From Methanobacteriota archaeon (lineage in GTDB: Archaea > Methanobacteriota > Methanobacteria > Methanobacteriales > Methanobacteriaceae), in NCBI GenBank assembly GCA_963787255.1, contig CAWBCJ010000025.1:192001-256000 (forward strand): 64,000 bases of DNA, given 5' to 3'. The position numbers and the translations under genes are program-made. Positions 18,654-29,904 of the stretch are shown here, one piece after another. Numbering within the stretch: position 1 is the first letter of the stretch; each line of letters starts with the position of its first letter. The notes beneath the pieces are model-generated. The model was not told where the DNA came from, did no database searches, and saw nothing but the letters and a program-made list of their open reading frames with translations.

Positions 18654-20789
18654 ATGAATTCATGGTTTATTAATAAATTTTTAAATATTAAGGGTAGAGA
18701 ATTCTTTTTATTGATAGTTTTAACGCTATTTTTAACAGATATCTCAATACTCTTGAACATTCCAGGATTTAGAGAAATTCTTTCATTTGTTTATTTCACT
18801 GTAGTTCCAGGGATGTTAATTCTCCTTATTCTTAAGCAGAATAAAATAGAATTTCTAAAGAAATTCGTTTTATGGGTTGGATTAAGTGTTGCATTCTTAA
18901 TGCTTGTTGGATTGGGTCTCAATACTCTTTATCCTACAATTTTAGAACCATTATCCTTAGATCCAGTGCTATTATCACTAAACTTTGCCATAATAGTACT
19001 GGCTATCATTGCTTATAAACGAAATGAGAAAGATTTTGATATTAAGGAATTTTTAAATGTAAAATTAGATTTAAAAAATAAACTGAATTTTCCAGTGTTA
19101 ATACCTCTCCTGTTCCCATTTATGATGATATTTGGGACTTATTTGATGAACATCCAAGGAAATAATGTTATTTTGCTTATAACTCTCTTCTTGATTATGC
19201 TGTATATAGTATTACTGGTTTACTTAAAGGATAAAGTTCCCAATGCCACTTATCCGTTATCGATATTAATGATTGGGATAAGTTTGCTGTTTCTGCATGG
19301 ATTAAGCTCTGCCCATTTGATGGGTAGAGATATTCATAAGGAATTTTACTGCTTTCAATTAACATTGAACAGTTTTCACTGGGATGCATCGGCTTTTTAT
19401 GATACATTTAACGTGTGTCTCAGTATTACAATACTCCCCACAATTTACAAGGTTTTGTCAAATATTAATGGAGAGTATATTTTCAAAGTATTCTTTGCAT
19501 TATTAGGTGCTGTAAGTCCTCTGGCAATATATCTTATTTCTAAAAAATATGTAGGGATAAAATATGCATTTTTTGCTTCATTACTGTTCATGTCCCTGGC
19601 TTTCTTTATAAATTCTATGGGTAGTGTAAGACAGGTTATAGCAATGATTTTCTTTTTTATAGCGGTGTTTGTTCTTTTCGATACTGAAATGAATGATTTA
19701 TCCAGAAAAATTATATTTTTAATATTAATGATCGCAACAGTTCTTTCACACTATACTACTGCTTATATAGCCTTTGCTTTAACTGTACCCATATTATTGA
19801 TGCCATTTTTAAAGAGTGTTTTCAATAAACTATTAAAAAAAGGAAAAAAGATTGACTTTACTAATTTTAGCATTATCATTCCATTTTTAGCCTTTGTTTT
19901 CATCTGGTACTTTATAGTTGCTCAGGTTCAATTAAACGCAGGCACTGATTTGATTTTGCGTACAGTTGGAGTATCAGAAGTTACTGGAACTAGCGATGTT
20001 GTGGTGTATAAAACAGATAGTATGGTTCTAAACATGTTAGGTATGGGATTTAGATCCGTTCCAAATATAATAAGTACTTTCGTTCATGACGCTGTTTTTA
20101 TAATGATTTTAATTGGTTTACTGGTATTAATCTGGAAATATAATTATTATAAGGAGAAGTTAGATAAAGGTTATATTCTGGGAATATTTATTTCCCTAAT
20201 TTTATTGATATTAATAGTGGTAACTCCATATTTATCAGTTGGTTATGGTGCTGAAAGGTTATTTATACAAACACTGGCATTTTTAGCGCCACTTTTTATA
20301 ATAGGCACTCTTAAATTTGCCAAAGTTATAAAAATGCCTAAAGCAGGCATCTTGATAATGTTAGTTTTAGTATTGTCACTTTTTTCAGTTAACACATATT
20401 TAACATATCATTTTTATGGTACTCCTCATTCACCATACATTGAAAATGATGGTAGCTTTAGAGACGAGTATTATATTTATGATCAGGAGATTATAGCTGC
20501 AAAATGGGTAAAAGATTATGGCGAAAATGGCTCAAAAATTTATACGGATGCCATTGGATACTCAAGATTTATGCTTGCATTTGAGCCTGGTTTCCCGGAT
20601 ATTAACTCATTTTCTGTTAGAAATATTGTTTTTAAGAATGGTTATACATATTTAGGTTATGCAAATATTAGAAAAGGTATAATTTATCCAACTTTGGAGA
20701 ACCCGAAGGATAGAAAAAGTTACAATTATGTCTTTAAAGATAAAAGCAAAATTTATGATAATGCATATGGAGAGATATACTTTGACTAA
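18654..20789 (+). CDS. DUF2206 family multi-TM protein (GT-C-like)
   Basis: Many TM helices; GRDIHKEF, SHYTTAY, AAKWV, KIYDN motifs shared with paralog at 29905. Confidence 0.82.
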   Translation: MNSWFINKFLNIKGREFFLLIVLTLFLTDISILLNIPGFREILSFVYFTVVPGMLILLILKQNKIEFLKKFVLWVGLSVAFLMLVGLGLNTLYPTILEPLSLDPVLLSLNFAIIVLAIIAYKRNEKDFDIKEFLNVKLDLKNKLNFPVLIPLLFPFMMIFGTYLMNIQGNNVILLITLFLIMLYIVLLVYLKDKVPNATYPLSILMIGISLLFLHGLSSAHLMGRDIHKEFYCFQLTLNSFHWDASAFYDTFNVCLSITILPTIYKVLSNINGEYIFKVFFALLGAVSPLAIYLISKKYVGIKYAFFASLLFMSLAFFINSMGSVRQVIAMIFFFIAVFVLFDTEMNDLSRKIIFLILMIATVLSHYTTAYIAFALTVPILLMPFLKSVFNKLLKKGKKIDFTNFSIIIPFLAFVFIWYFIVAQVQLNAGTDLILRTVGVSEVTGTSDVVVYKTDSMVLNMLGMGFRSVPNIISTFVHDAVFIMILIGLLVLIWKYNYYKEKLDKGYILGIFISLILLILIVVTPYLSVGYGAERLFIQTLAFLAPLFIIGTLKFAKVIKMPKAGILIMLVLVLSLFSVNTYLTYHFYGTPHSPYIENDGSFRDEYYIYDQEIIAAKWVKDYGENGSKIYTDAIGYSRFMLAFEPGFPDINSFSVRNIVFKNGYTYLGYANIRKGIIYPTLENPKDRKSYNYVFKDKSKIYDNAYGEIYFD

Positions 20790-21922
20790 AATACTTTTTA
20801 TACATAACACTGCAATGTGGTACAGAATACCTTTCTTCAACTTCTTAAGCGAAATATATGATATTGAATTTGTATTTACGCATTTACACGTTTCTAAAGA
20901 AATATACAATGTTAAAATATCAGATAAAATCTCTGGTCTTGAAAATGTTAATTATAAAGCTCTGAAAAATTACTTTGGCATAGCGTTTGGAGTAATCAAA
21001 GAATCTTTTGGGGATTATGATATAATGGTAGGTGGAAGCTATGATACACTTTCTGAATTAATTGAAACACTCTTTCACTCTACTATTGCCAAAATTAGGG
21101 GTAAGAAAGTTATAATATGGAGAGAAGATTGGGGATGGAAAGCACAATCGCTTCAAAAGACCATGGCGATGCCTTTAATTAAATTTGTCCTTAGAATTTC
21201 AGATGCAGTACTTGTACCGGGCATTAAACATAGAGAATACTTTATTTCTTTAGGTGTTCCTCCGGAAAGGATTTTTTTAATGCCAAATGTTAGTAATGTA
21301 ATAGTTAATAATGAATCTTACAAAATGAAGGATGAATTAAAGGAAAAAAATGAATTTAAAGATAAAAAAGTGATTTTATACGTTGGACGTCTGGTAAAGA
21401 GGAAAGGAGTAGATTACTTAATTAAAGCATTTAATGATTCTCCAGAACAATATGAAAGACGTAATACTTGTAATTGTAGGAGAAGGAGAATCCAGATCTG
21501 AATTAAAAGAACTTTCTGAAAGTCTCGGTATCTCCGATAAAGTGGAATTCGTTGGTCAAGTAAAAAATGAAGAATTATCTTCTTTTTATCTTCTCTGTGA
21601 TATCTGTGTTATTCCATCAATAACCTATGGACTAGGTGATCCATGGGTTTTTGTTTTAAACGAGGCTATGTATTTTGGAAAACCAGTTATAGCAACTGAT
21701 GCTGTTGGAGCTGCATTCGATATGATTGAAAACGATAAAAATGGATTTTTGGTTCCTGAAAAGAATTCTGATGCAATATATGAAGCTATGAAAACAATAT
21801 TATCTGATGAAGATTTAGAAAAAAGTATGGGAAAAAGGTCCAGAAAGATAATTGAAGAAGGATTTCAGCACGAAAATATGGTTAATGGGTTTAAAATAGC
21901 TATAGACTATGTAACAGACTAA
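20782..21922 (+). CDS. GT4 glycosyltransferase, +1 frameshift near 21430-21434
   Basis: TTG start behind GGAG. The N-terminal half (WYRIPFF...YVGRLVKRKG) joins the C-terminal half (VGEGE...DPWVFVLNEAM) if one base is removed from GCATTTAATG. Confidence 0.85.
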
Positions 21923-21970
21923 TTCACTCCTTAATACATAATTATCAAACAATTAAAATTTAAATTTATA

Positions 21971-23116
21971 ATGGTGTTTAAAATGTCAAAAATAGTACTA
22001 TCAAAAAGTTCCTTCCCGCCTATTTGTGGTGATGGGGCGAGATTATTCCATATTATAACAAGATTCCAAGATAAATCTAAGGTTTTAGTATTCAGCAGTC
22101 CTTATGGTGCTACTCAGGTAACTGAGAAAAATTATGGTAAGGTTGAAGTTAAAAAAATTCGCACAGGACCTAAAGATTTATTTAAAGTCAATGAAAATAT
22201 GAAAGAATTAACAAGTAAAGATGAACTGATTATTTATGCAATGCAGCCTGATTTATTGTTTTTAATATCCAGCATAATTAATGTTAAAAAAGAAGGTGTT
22301 AAAATAGTGGTGGATGTGGAAGATATGCCCACATATGCTAATAACTATCCTTACAACTTATTTAATTTTTACATAAAGAACAGATATAAAAAAGTTCTCA
22401 ATATCGCGGATAAAATAATTTGCATCTCAGAATATCTAAAAAGTGAAATAATATCTGATTTCAACATTAACTGCGAAAAAATTGAAGTAATTCATAACGG
22501 AGTTGATATGTCTTTTTTTAGTAGGGACAATGAAGCTAGAAAAACATTGAGAAAGAAATTTGGTGTCCAGGATGATGATGTAGTTTTCATATATTCTGGA
22601 GCTATTGTTGATTGGTCTGGCGTGATTTCTTCTTTAGATTCGTTTAAAGATGCTATTGAAGAAAATCCAAAAATTAAGGTATTTTTCATTGGAAATGGAG
22701 ATATTGAGGACCTTAAAAATAAAATTAAAGAATTAAAATTAGAGAACAATGCTAAATATTTAGGTTATTATCCCTTTGAAAAAATGCCTGAGCTTACTTC
22801 TATTGGGGATGTTGGTTTGCTTCCCTTTAAAAAAGATCCTTTAACTGAGGCAGCATCGCCAATAAAGATTTTTGAATATATGAGTGTGGGAATGCCTGTG
22901 ATTTCTACAGATATGATGGGAACTAAGGAAGTAATAAAAGATGGTTATAATGGAATTCTGGTAACAGATAAAGCAGAGCTTGTATCTGCAATTCTTAAAA
23001 TATCTGAAGATAAAGATTTTTACGACAAATTGAAGGAAAATAGTTTTGAAACTGTAAAGATGTATGATTGGGCAGTTTTAGCTAAAAGATTTGAAGATAT
23101 AGTTGATAATGCCTAA
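21971..23116 (+). CDS. GT4 glycosyltransferase
   Basis: IHNGVD, SPIKIFEYM, YDW at the C-terminus. Confidence 0.88.
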   Translation: MVFKMSKIVLSKSSFPPICGDGARLFHIITRFQDKSKVLVFSSPYGATQVTEKNYGKVEVKKIRTGPKDLFKVNENMKELTSKDELIIYAMQPDLLFLISSIINVKKEGVKIVVDVEDMPTYANNYPYNLFNFYIKNRYKKVLNIADKIICISEYLKSEIISDFNINCEKIEVIHNGVDMSFFSRDNEARKTLRKKFGVQDDDVVFIYSGAIVDWSGVISSLDSFKDAIEENPKIKVFFIGNGDIEDLKNKIKELKLENNAKYLGYYPFEKMPELTSIGDVGLLPFKKDPLTEAASPIKIFEYMSVGMPVISTDMMGTKEVIKDGYNGILVTDKAELVSAILKISEDKDFYDKLKENSFETVKMYDWAVLAKRFEDIVDNA

Positions 23117-23146
23117 AAATATGTTTTTTGATTAAATTGAACTAGT

Positions 23147-24337
23147 TTAATTAAATAATTTCTCCCACTTATTAATAATTTTGTCTTTATCAAAGTCTTT
23201 AGCTCTCTCTAACCCATTTGAATATTTTTTTCTTAAATCAGGATCTTCTATGATTTTTATCATTAAATTAGAGAGAATTATTTCTGCATTATCCAGTTCT
23301 TTTTCATTTAATGAACTTAATTCTAATTTATCTTCAAATGGCATTGTTAATATGCCATATTCTCCAAAATAAGGATAATCAATCATTTTTTCTATATCCA
23401 GACCTGGAGATAGACATTCTCGAGGGCCTGTTTTACAATCAGTTGATATAATAGGTAAATCTGTGCATAAAGTTTCTATTAAAGTCAAAGGGAACCCTTC
23501 TAACAATGAACTTAAAACAAAACAGTTACTTATTTTTAAGAAAGGAAATACATTTTCCTGGTTCCCCAATAAAAACACATTATTTTCAAGTTCAAGCTTC
23601 TTTATCATTTTAGTTAAGTCTTCTTTTAAGTCACCATCTCCCAAAATGCACAGTTTAGAGTCTTTATATTCATCAACAACTTTTCTAAAACTCCTTATTA
23701 AGTACCACTGGCCTTTTTGAGAATTTAGACGTCCAACATTAATAAAAACAAAACCATCATGAAATATGGATTTATACTTTTCCGGCAGCTTTTCATTAGC
23801 TTTTTCAAGGTTTAAATGCACATCAATCATATTGTATATAGTTAGAAGATTATTTAATGCATATTTTTTCTTTAAAATATTTTTTATGGCCTTTGAAACA
23901 CAAATAACTTTGTTTGCTTTAGGGTATAAAAATTTAATTTTATTATAGTTTATTTTATTGTTTAAATGAACTTCAGGGTCTAAATGATGGGAAATAAATA
24001 TTTTGCTGCGGTTTTTAAAAATGTATTTGCTTAAAATAGCTCTAAAATTTGGAACTTCACCAACTGATAGGATAAGATCAATTTCATTTTCTTTACAAAT
24101 CTTTTTAATCTTATAAGGTGCCATAAAAAAGTCCTTAATTTTAGAAATAATATTTTTGGAACGATTTTCGTCAAAAGTCAAATATCTGCCTTTAAATTCA
24201 TATTTAGGATTATCATCAAATAATGTTAAGTAATATATTTCGTGATTTCTTTTATGGAATTCGCTTCCAAGAAAGGCTGCAAATTTTTCTGCACCCCCAC
24301 CTAATGCTAATGAATCAGATATTATTAAAATTCTCAT
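23147..24337 (-). CDS. GT4 glycosyltransferase
   Basis: GGGAEK, VGRLNSQKG, SSLLEGFPLTLIE, DCKTGPRE; likely start ATG 24337. Confidence 0.88.
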   Translation of the reverse strand: MRILIISDSLALGGGAEKFAAFLGSEFHKRNHEIYYLTLFDDNPKYEFKGRYLTFDENRSKNIISKIKDFFMAPYKIKKICKENEIDLILSVGEVPNFRAILSKYIFKNRSKIFISHHLDPEVHLNNKINYNKIKFLYPKANKVICVSKAIKNILKKKYALNNLLTIYNMIDVHLNLEKANEKLPEKYKSIFHDGFVFINVGRLNSQKGQWYLIRSFRKVVDEYKDSKLCILGDGDLKEDLTKMIKKLELENNVFLLGNQENVFPFLKISNCFVLSSLLEGFPLTLIETLCTDLPIISTDCKTGPRECLSPGLDIEKMIDYPYFGEYGILTMPFEDKLELSSLNEKELDNAEIILSNLMIKIIEDPDLRKKYSNGLERAKDFDKDKIINKWEKLFN

Positions 24338-24377
24338 TGTTTTTCCCAACCAACTTAGTTTGTGCTCTAAAATCAAA

Positions 24378-25451
24378 CTATAATTTTTTTATTTTCTCCA
24401 AAAACTGTTTGGCTATTAAATCCCACGAAAATTTAGTAGATTGGATTTTTCCAAGTGACTTTAACCTATTTCGAAGTTCATCATCTTTTTCTAAGGCAAC
24501 TAATGCTTCCGATAACTCTTTATCATTGTTAACATCCACGTAATATACTGCATCTCCACATACCTCTGGAATGGAGGTTGCTCTAGTAGTAATAACTGGA
24601 CACTCCATTATCATGGCCTCGAGTGGAGGTAAACCAAATCCTTCATAACTTGAAAGATAAACTAATGCATTTGCACCTTTATATAAACTGCATAATTCTG
24701 ATTCTGAGACATATCCCTTCTCTTCTAGAAATCCCTGTTTAACTCCATTATCAATTAATTCTTTTAAGTAAGGGGAATAGTAGTTTTTATCACCAGTTAT
24801 TATTAGTTTACTTTTAACTTTATTTCCTTTAAATAACTCTTGGAATGTTTCTATCAGCTCTTCAATCCCCTTACGTTTGTCATATCCTCCAACGTATAAA
24901 AAATATCCTGATTCATTTTTTATTTTTTCAGTACCGCAGTTTATTGTTGGACCTACATAAATAACTGAAGGCTCTTCATTCAATTTGAATTCACTCATTA
25001 TATCTTTTTTTGAGTAATTCGAAGAAGTTATTATTATACTAGAGCGATCAATACTATTTTGAATCTTTTTCCTGAAATCCATTTCGTCTTTGGGATTTTT
25101 AAAAAATTCAGGCACTCTAAGAGGTATAATATCATAAATTGTTGTAATTATTTTCTTATTATCCAAAAATCGAGGTACCATCCCATTCCACGGAAAATGA
25201 ATGAGATTTGGCTTGTAGATATTAATATAAATAGGTAATAGTATTTTTCTCCAGAGTTGAAGGGGTAGAAATGAACCAAACTGTACAGATTTAATTCCAG
25301 AGGGTAAATCTGTCATTAGTGGATTTTTATGTAATATTACTACTTCAATATCTGGATCAAGTTTCATAACATGTTTATATAGCTCCAATGTTGCTTTTGC
25401 TATGCCAGTTGCCGGAATTTGAAATACTGAACCTTCAATAAAGATTTTCAT
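24378..25451 (-). CDS. GT4 glycosyltransferase (MtfB/WbpY-like)
   Basis: TGIA, TIYDIIP, YEGFGLPPLEAM, SIPEVCGDA, FSW. Confidence 0.88.
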   Translation of the reverse strand: MKIFIEGSVFQIPATGIAKATLELYKHVMKLDPDIEVVILHKNPLMTDLPSGIKSVQFGSFLPLQLWRKILLPIYINIYKPNLIHFPWNGMVPRFLDNKKIITTIYDIIPLRVPEFFKNPKDEMDFRKKIQNSIDRSSIIITSSNYSKKDIMSEFKLNEEPSVIYVGPTINCGTEKIKNESGYFLYVGGYDKRKGIEELIETFQELFKGNKVKSKLIITGDKNYYSPYLKELIDNGVKQGFLEEKGYVSESELCSLYKGANALVYLSSYEGFGLPPLEAMIMECPVITTRATSIPEVCGDAVYYVDVNNDKELSEALVALEKDDELRNRLKSLGKIQSTKFSWDLIAKQFLEKIKKL

Positions 25452-25463
25452 TATAATTCACCA

Positions 25464-26894
25464 TTATTTACCTAATAAATTTTTTACTAATTTAATATCA
25501 TCATCATCAACAGCTTTAAACAAGTATAATGAGGCAAAATAAACAATTGCAGCAATAATTATGATTAATATTAGATTCATGTCCCTTAAAAACATTATAA
25601 CGGCCGCCATAATTATATTTGCAGCTATAATTGTGGGGAGATACTTTACTAATGATTTTTTATCAGTATAACCGGTTTTAAGTAATATATAAGTCAAAAT
25701 AGGCAATAATGCTAACTCAGTTATTACAATAGCTATGCTGGATCCTATAAGACTGAATTTAGGTATTAAAATTAGATTGGCAACAATATTTATCACAGCG
25801 GCAACCAATACAATCTTTGAAAGTAAAGTCTGTCTATTTATAGCACTAAAAAGATTACCTGAAAGACCATTTATGAAGAGTAGTGGGATAGTCCATATTA
25901 ATATTTGAAGTGCAGATATTGCCGGCAAATATTCGGGCCCATAAATTAATAGGATTATTTTATCAGCAACTAACGTAGTTCCAACAGCTATTGGTAAACT
26001 TATGATCAATAAATATTTAAAAGAGCGTTCATATGAGAATTTAAGGGAGTCTATAGATGTTTTAAAGAATATTGACATCATAGGGAATATGGCAGCCATG
26101 TATACAGTGTACAAAGATAAAAATACAAACATTAGTTTGTAAGCAGCATTATACCACCCTACAACTATGTTACCAATCATTACTGAGAGAAATATTGGGG
26201 CAATCCAGTAATAGATTGACCCAAAAACACTGGTTATTCCAAAAGGTAAAGCCTCTTTCAAGGTAGATTTCCAGAAATCCAGGTCAATATTAATTTTTGG
26301 AAATGAAAACTTCCAGAAATAGACTGCTATGCTGTATATAAGGGTTAATAAGTTTGCGATGAAATAAAGAGCTGCAAAAACATAAATATCTAAATTGAAG
26401 GACACGGCAATATAAACACCTGCAAATAGAAAGATAGAGTTTAAAATATTACCTACAGACATATATTCCATCTGTTCATAGGCCTGAAAAATGGAATTAA
26501 ATATACTTACAAATGCGTTGATTAATATGGAAAACGTTACAAGGTAAATTACAATTGAGACTTCTGGAGAATAGTGAATTATATTCACTGTTAAAAATGT
26601 CAATATAACTGTTAAAACATTTAGAAAGACCTTAATTACTGTTGAGTTAGTAATATATTTCTCTGTTAATGATTTATCTCTTGCAACTTCTCTTATTATT
26701 AAAGTATTTAACCCTAAATCCGTAAAAATAGTATAAATTCCAGTTATAGATAATGCTATTCCCAAAATTCCGAACCCTTCAGCTCCCAGATATCTTGCAG
26801 TGTATATTGTGACTAAAAATCCTAGAAAATAACTGATGATAGTTGCTATAAATAGTACAGAGGCATTCTTTGCTATTCTTCGTGTAATGTTCAT
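25464..26894 (-). CDS. Wzx/MATE-superfamily oligosaccharide flippase
   Basis: RIAKN, ARYLGAEGFG, DLGL, VGWYNAA, NLILIPKF; 12-14 TM helices. Confidence 0.92.
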   Translation of the reverse strand: MNITRRIAKNASVLFIATIISYFLGFLVTIYTARYLGAEGFGILGIALSITGIYTIFTDLGLNTLIIREVARDKSLTEKYITNSTVIKVFLNVLTVILTFLTVNIIHYSPEVSIVIYLVTFSILINAFVSIFNSIFQAYEQMEYMSVGNILNSIFLFAGVYIAVSFNLDIYVFAALYFIANLLTLIYSIAVYFWKFSFPKINIDLDFWKSTLKEALPFGITSVFGSIYYWIAPIFLSVMIGNIVVGWYNAAYKLMFVFLSLYTVYMAAIFPMMSIFFKTSIDSLKFSYERSFKYLLIISLPIAVGTTLVADKIILLIYGPEYLPAISALQILIWTIPLLFINGLSGNLFSAINRQTLLSKIVLVAAVINIVANLILIPKFSLIGSSIAIVITELALLPILTYILLKTGYTDKKSLVKYLPTIIAANIIMAAVIMFLRDMNLILIIIIAAIVYFASLYLFKAVDDDDIKLVKNLLGK

Positions 26895-26976
26895 CTGTTC
26901 ACCTGATTATGAATATACAATTAATAAAATAAAAAATTAGAAGGAATAATCAAAAAATAGGAAATTTAAACATTAT

Positions 26977-28207
26977 TTAATTTCTATTTTCCTTTTTAAG
27001 AGCATAATTTAGCTGATCATTGATTATGTCTGCTAATTTATACTCTATTTTAGCTCCAATATTTTGAATCTTTTCAGTTTCAGCAAGTAGTATTGGAACT
27101 TCTGCAGGTCTGAATCTATCTGGATTAAATTCTATAGCAACATTTCCCTTATCCGTCTGGACATTTATTCCCTTATCTTTAAGAGTGTACTCTAATTCCC
27201 CTTCCAGTATTTTTTTATCGATTACTGTCTTCTCAAAATTAATTCCATACATTTTTGAGTTATCTAATGAAGTTGGTTCTTTAATAAGTTTTTCTCCATT
27301 AAATGTTTCAATTTGTTTTATGTTCCATCCTGCTTCCTCTAAACCTAATAATATATAACTTAAAACAGAATTGGTTCTCATGGAACCCTGGTTATATACT
27401 TCTCCACATTTACCGTTTTCTGCAAGGATCATATAACCATTTACTATATCTTTTACGTGGGACCAGTCTCTAAAAGCATTAATATTTCCAATACTAATTT
27501 TATTTATTTCTCCGAACTTTAATTTCATAATCTGGTTAATAATTACTGATGTAACGAACATTGGCCCTCTTCCTGCACCTTCATGATTAAAAGCTCGTGA
27601 TACTACTGTATCCAATCCATAAGAATGATAATAATTCCTCATTAAATAATCACCGTAAACTTTTGAAACTGCATATGGTGACATTGGACGTAAGAGGGTT
27701 TGTTTCTTTTATTGGAACCTCGGGGATTTTTTCAGGTTCTGGAAATATAGATCCATATTCTTTTTTAGCTTGATTATAATGTTCATCAGATGCTATAACT
27801 AATCCATATTCTTCACTTGAACCTGCAAATACTATTTTAGAATCAATATCTTTTATTCTTACAGCGTCCAAAAGATTCGCTGTGCCTATACAATTTATCT
27901 GTTGGGTTTCCATCGAATTTTCAAAAGACCGGGGAACGAATGATTGAGCTGCTAAATGAAAAATAAAATCAGGGCTTGATTCATCTAGTGCATTAACTAA
28001 TGATGTTATATCGTTTAAATCTCCATTAAGTAATAGTACTTCACTAAATACCCCCCTATCTACCAAATTTTTAGCTTTAATTCCATCAGATCTTCCTCTA
28101 ACTAATCCATAAATGTTAGCTCCATTGTTTAGCAGTTCTTCTGCTAAATACGATCCAGCAAAACCGGCAATTCCGGTAATTAATACGTTTTTATCTTTCC
28201 AATTCAT
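26977..28207 (-). CDS. gmd: GDP-mannose 4,6-dehydratase, +1 frameshift near 27691
   Basis: ITGIAGFAGSYL, HLAAQSFV, AGSSEEYG, then ETNPL/RPMSPYAVSK across the shift, FNHEG, RDWSH, RFRPAEV. Confidence 0.85.
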
Positions 28208-28283
28208 TCAATTTATCTCCATTATACTTTTAAAAAATTATTTTAACTCAATAAAATGATATGTTTAATTAGTTTTAATAATC

Positions 28284-29216
28284 TTAATTATTTTCATTAA
28301 TAAACCATTCAATGGTTTTATGTAAGTCATCATTAAAGTTATCTTCAGGAATATATTCAAGTGATTTGGCTTTAGATATGTCTGCTACAGAATGTCTAAT
28401 ATCTCCTGGACGCTCTTTTGTGTATAAAGGTTCAATATCTTTTCCCATAAGCTCTTTTATTATTCCAAAAAGCTGATTAATGGTAATACTCTTTCCTATA
28501 CCAATATTGAATATTCCAGTCTCTTTGGACTCTGCTGCAAGAATATTAGCGTCAACTATACTTTTTACTGAAACAAAATCTCGGGTTTGTTCTCCATCTC
28601 CATATATTACAGGTCTTTCATTTTTAACCAATTTATCAATGAAATTGGGAATTACAGCAGCATATTGTGAATTTGGATCTTGTCTTGGCCCAAATACGTT
28701 GAAATATCTTAAAGAAACTGTTGGAAGGCCATATATTTCTGAAAATACATTGCAATAAAGTTCTCCCGCAGCCTTTGAAACAGCATAAGGAGAAAGAGGG
28801 TTAATGGAATGGGTTTCGCTAATTGGTAATGATTTAACTTCTCCGTAAACTGCAGATGATGATGAAAACACTACTTTTTTAATTTCAACATTTCGAGCTG
28901 CTTCAAGAACTTTCAATGTTCCTGTAATGTTTACTTCATTGGAGTGCATAGGATCATCAACACTTTCAGGGACGCTTGTCGCTGCTGCAAGGTGAAACAG
29001 ATAATCACAGCCATCAAAAACCTCATCAATATTGATTGAATTTATATCTCCTAATGTAGTGTCAATTCTAGATAAATCAAGATCTTTTATATTATCTATT
29101 TTTCCACTGGATTGATCATCTATGATAATGACATCATTCTCCCTATTTAATCGTTCAACAATATGAGAACCGATAAATCCTAGACCACCTGTTACAACTA
29201 TTTTTTTGTTTTTCAT
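28284..29216 (-). CDS. NAD-dependent nucleotide-sugar 4-epimerase (WbpP/GalE-like SDR)
   Basis: GGLGFIG, SSSAVYG, PYAVSK, YFNVFGPRQDPNSQYAAVIP, GDIRHS. Confidence 0.9.
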   Translation of the reverse strand: MKNKKIVVTGGLGFIGSHIVERLNRENDVIIIDDQSSGKIDNIKDLDLSRIDTTLGDINSINIDEVFDGCDYLFHLAAATSVPESVDDPMHSNEVNITGTLKVLEAARNVEIKKVVFSSSSAVYGEVKSLPISETHSINPLSPYAVSKAAGELYCNVFSEIYGLPTVSLRYFNVFGPRQDPNSQYAAVIPNFIDKLVKNERPVIYGDGEQTRDFVSVKSIVDANILAAESKETGIFNIGIGKSITINQLFGIIKELMGKDIEPLYTKERPGDIRHSVADISKAKSLEYIPEDNFNDDLHKTIEWFINENN

Positions 29217-29232
29217 ATCCTTCCTCTAATCT

Positions 29233-29658
29233 TCAGTTTACATTTACTATTAAGTAAAGTGAGCGATACACATTTACATTATCAGGTAATTTATACAATA
29301 AAAATTCTAGTTTCTGGTTTTTACCTACTGTTTCTGCTTGAAATGAAAGTGGAATCTCTCTTTTTTCGTTATTTATTAAAGTAATATTTTCGTCTTTAAT
29401 AGTTTTGTTATTAAATTTAACCTGCAAATTGTAGGTGGTTGTTGAATGCTCATGATTTACAACACCAACAGTAACATTACCACTTTGACCATAGGTTAAT
29501 TCAGTAGGATAATTCCCTGCTTTTTGATTAGATCCTAAAATATAAAATTCAGTAAACTTTTCACCTGAATTTGGAACAACTATTATGTAAACAGTTGCTG
29601 CAACTGCAATTATTAGTAAAATTATTAGAAATAAGGATATTTTTTTATCAAAATTCAT
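29233..29658 (-). CDS. DUF1616 family membrane-anchored protein
   Basis: N-terminal TM, GEKFTEFYILG, KAGNYP, VVNHE, KLEFLLYK, YRSL. Confidence 0.85.
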   Translation of the reverse strand: MNFDKKISLFLIILLIIAVAATVYIIVVPNSGEKFTEFYILGSNQKAGNYPTELTYGQSGNVTVGVVNHEHSTTTYNLQVKFNNKTIKDENITLINNEKREIPLSFQAETVGKNQKLEFLLYKLPDNVNVYRSLYLIVNVN

Positions 29659-29904
29659 ATAAACACCATTTGTACTTTAGATAAGATATACTAGCAAATA
29701 TTATTTATTAGTTTTTTAGTGAAAGTCATTGTTATACATTTTTTCACCATTTATTTAATTCATAGTAGAAAGTTTCATAAATCGATTTACATGATTTGAG
29801 TTACACAAAACTTATATAATATCATAAGCTATTTAAGAGACAATAACTTTAAATCTTTTTTTATAGTTTATAAAATTTACAAGAAAAAATCACACAAAGA
29901 TAAA

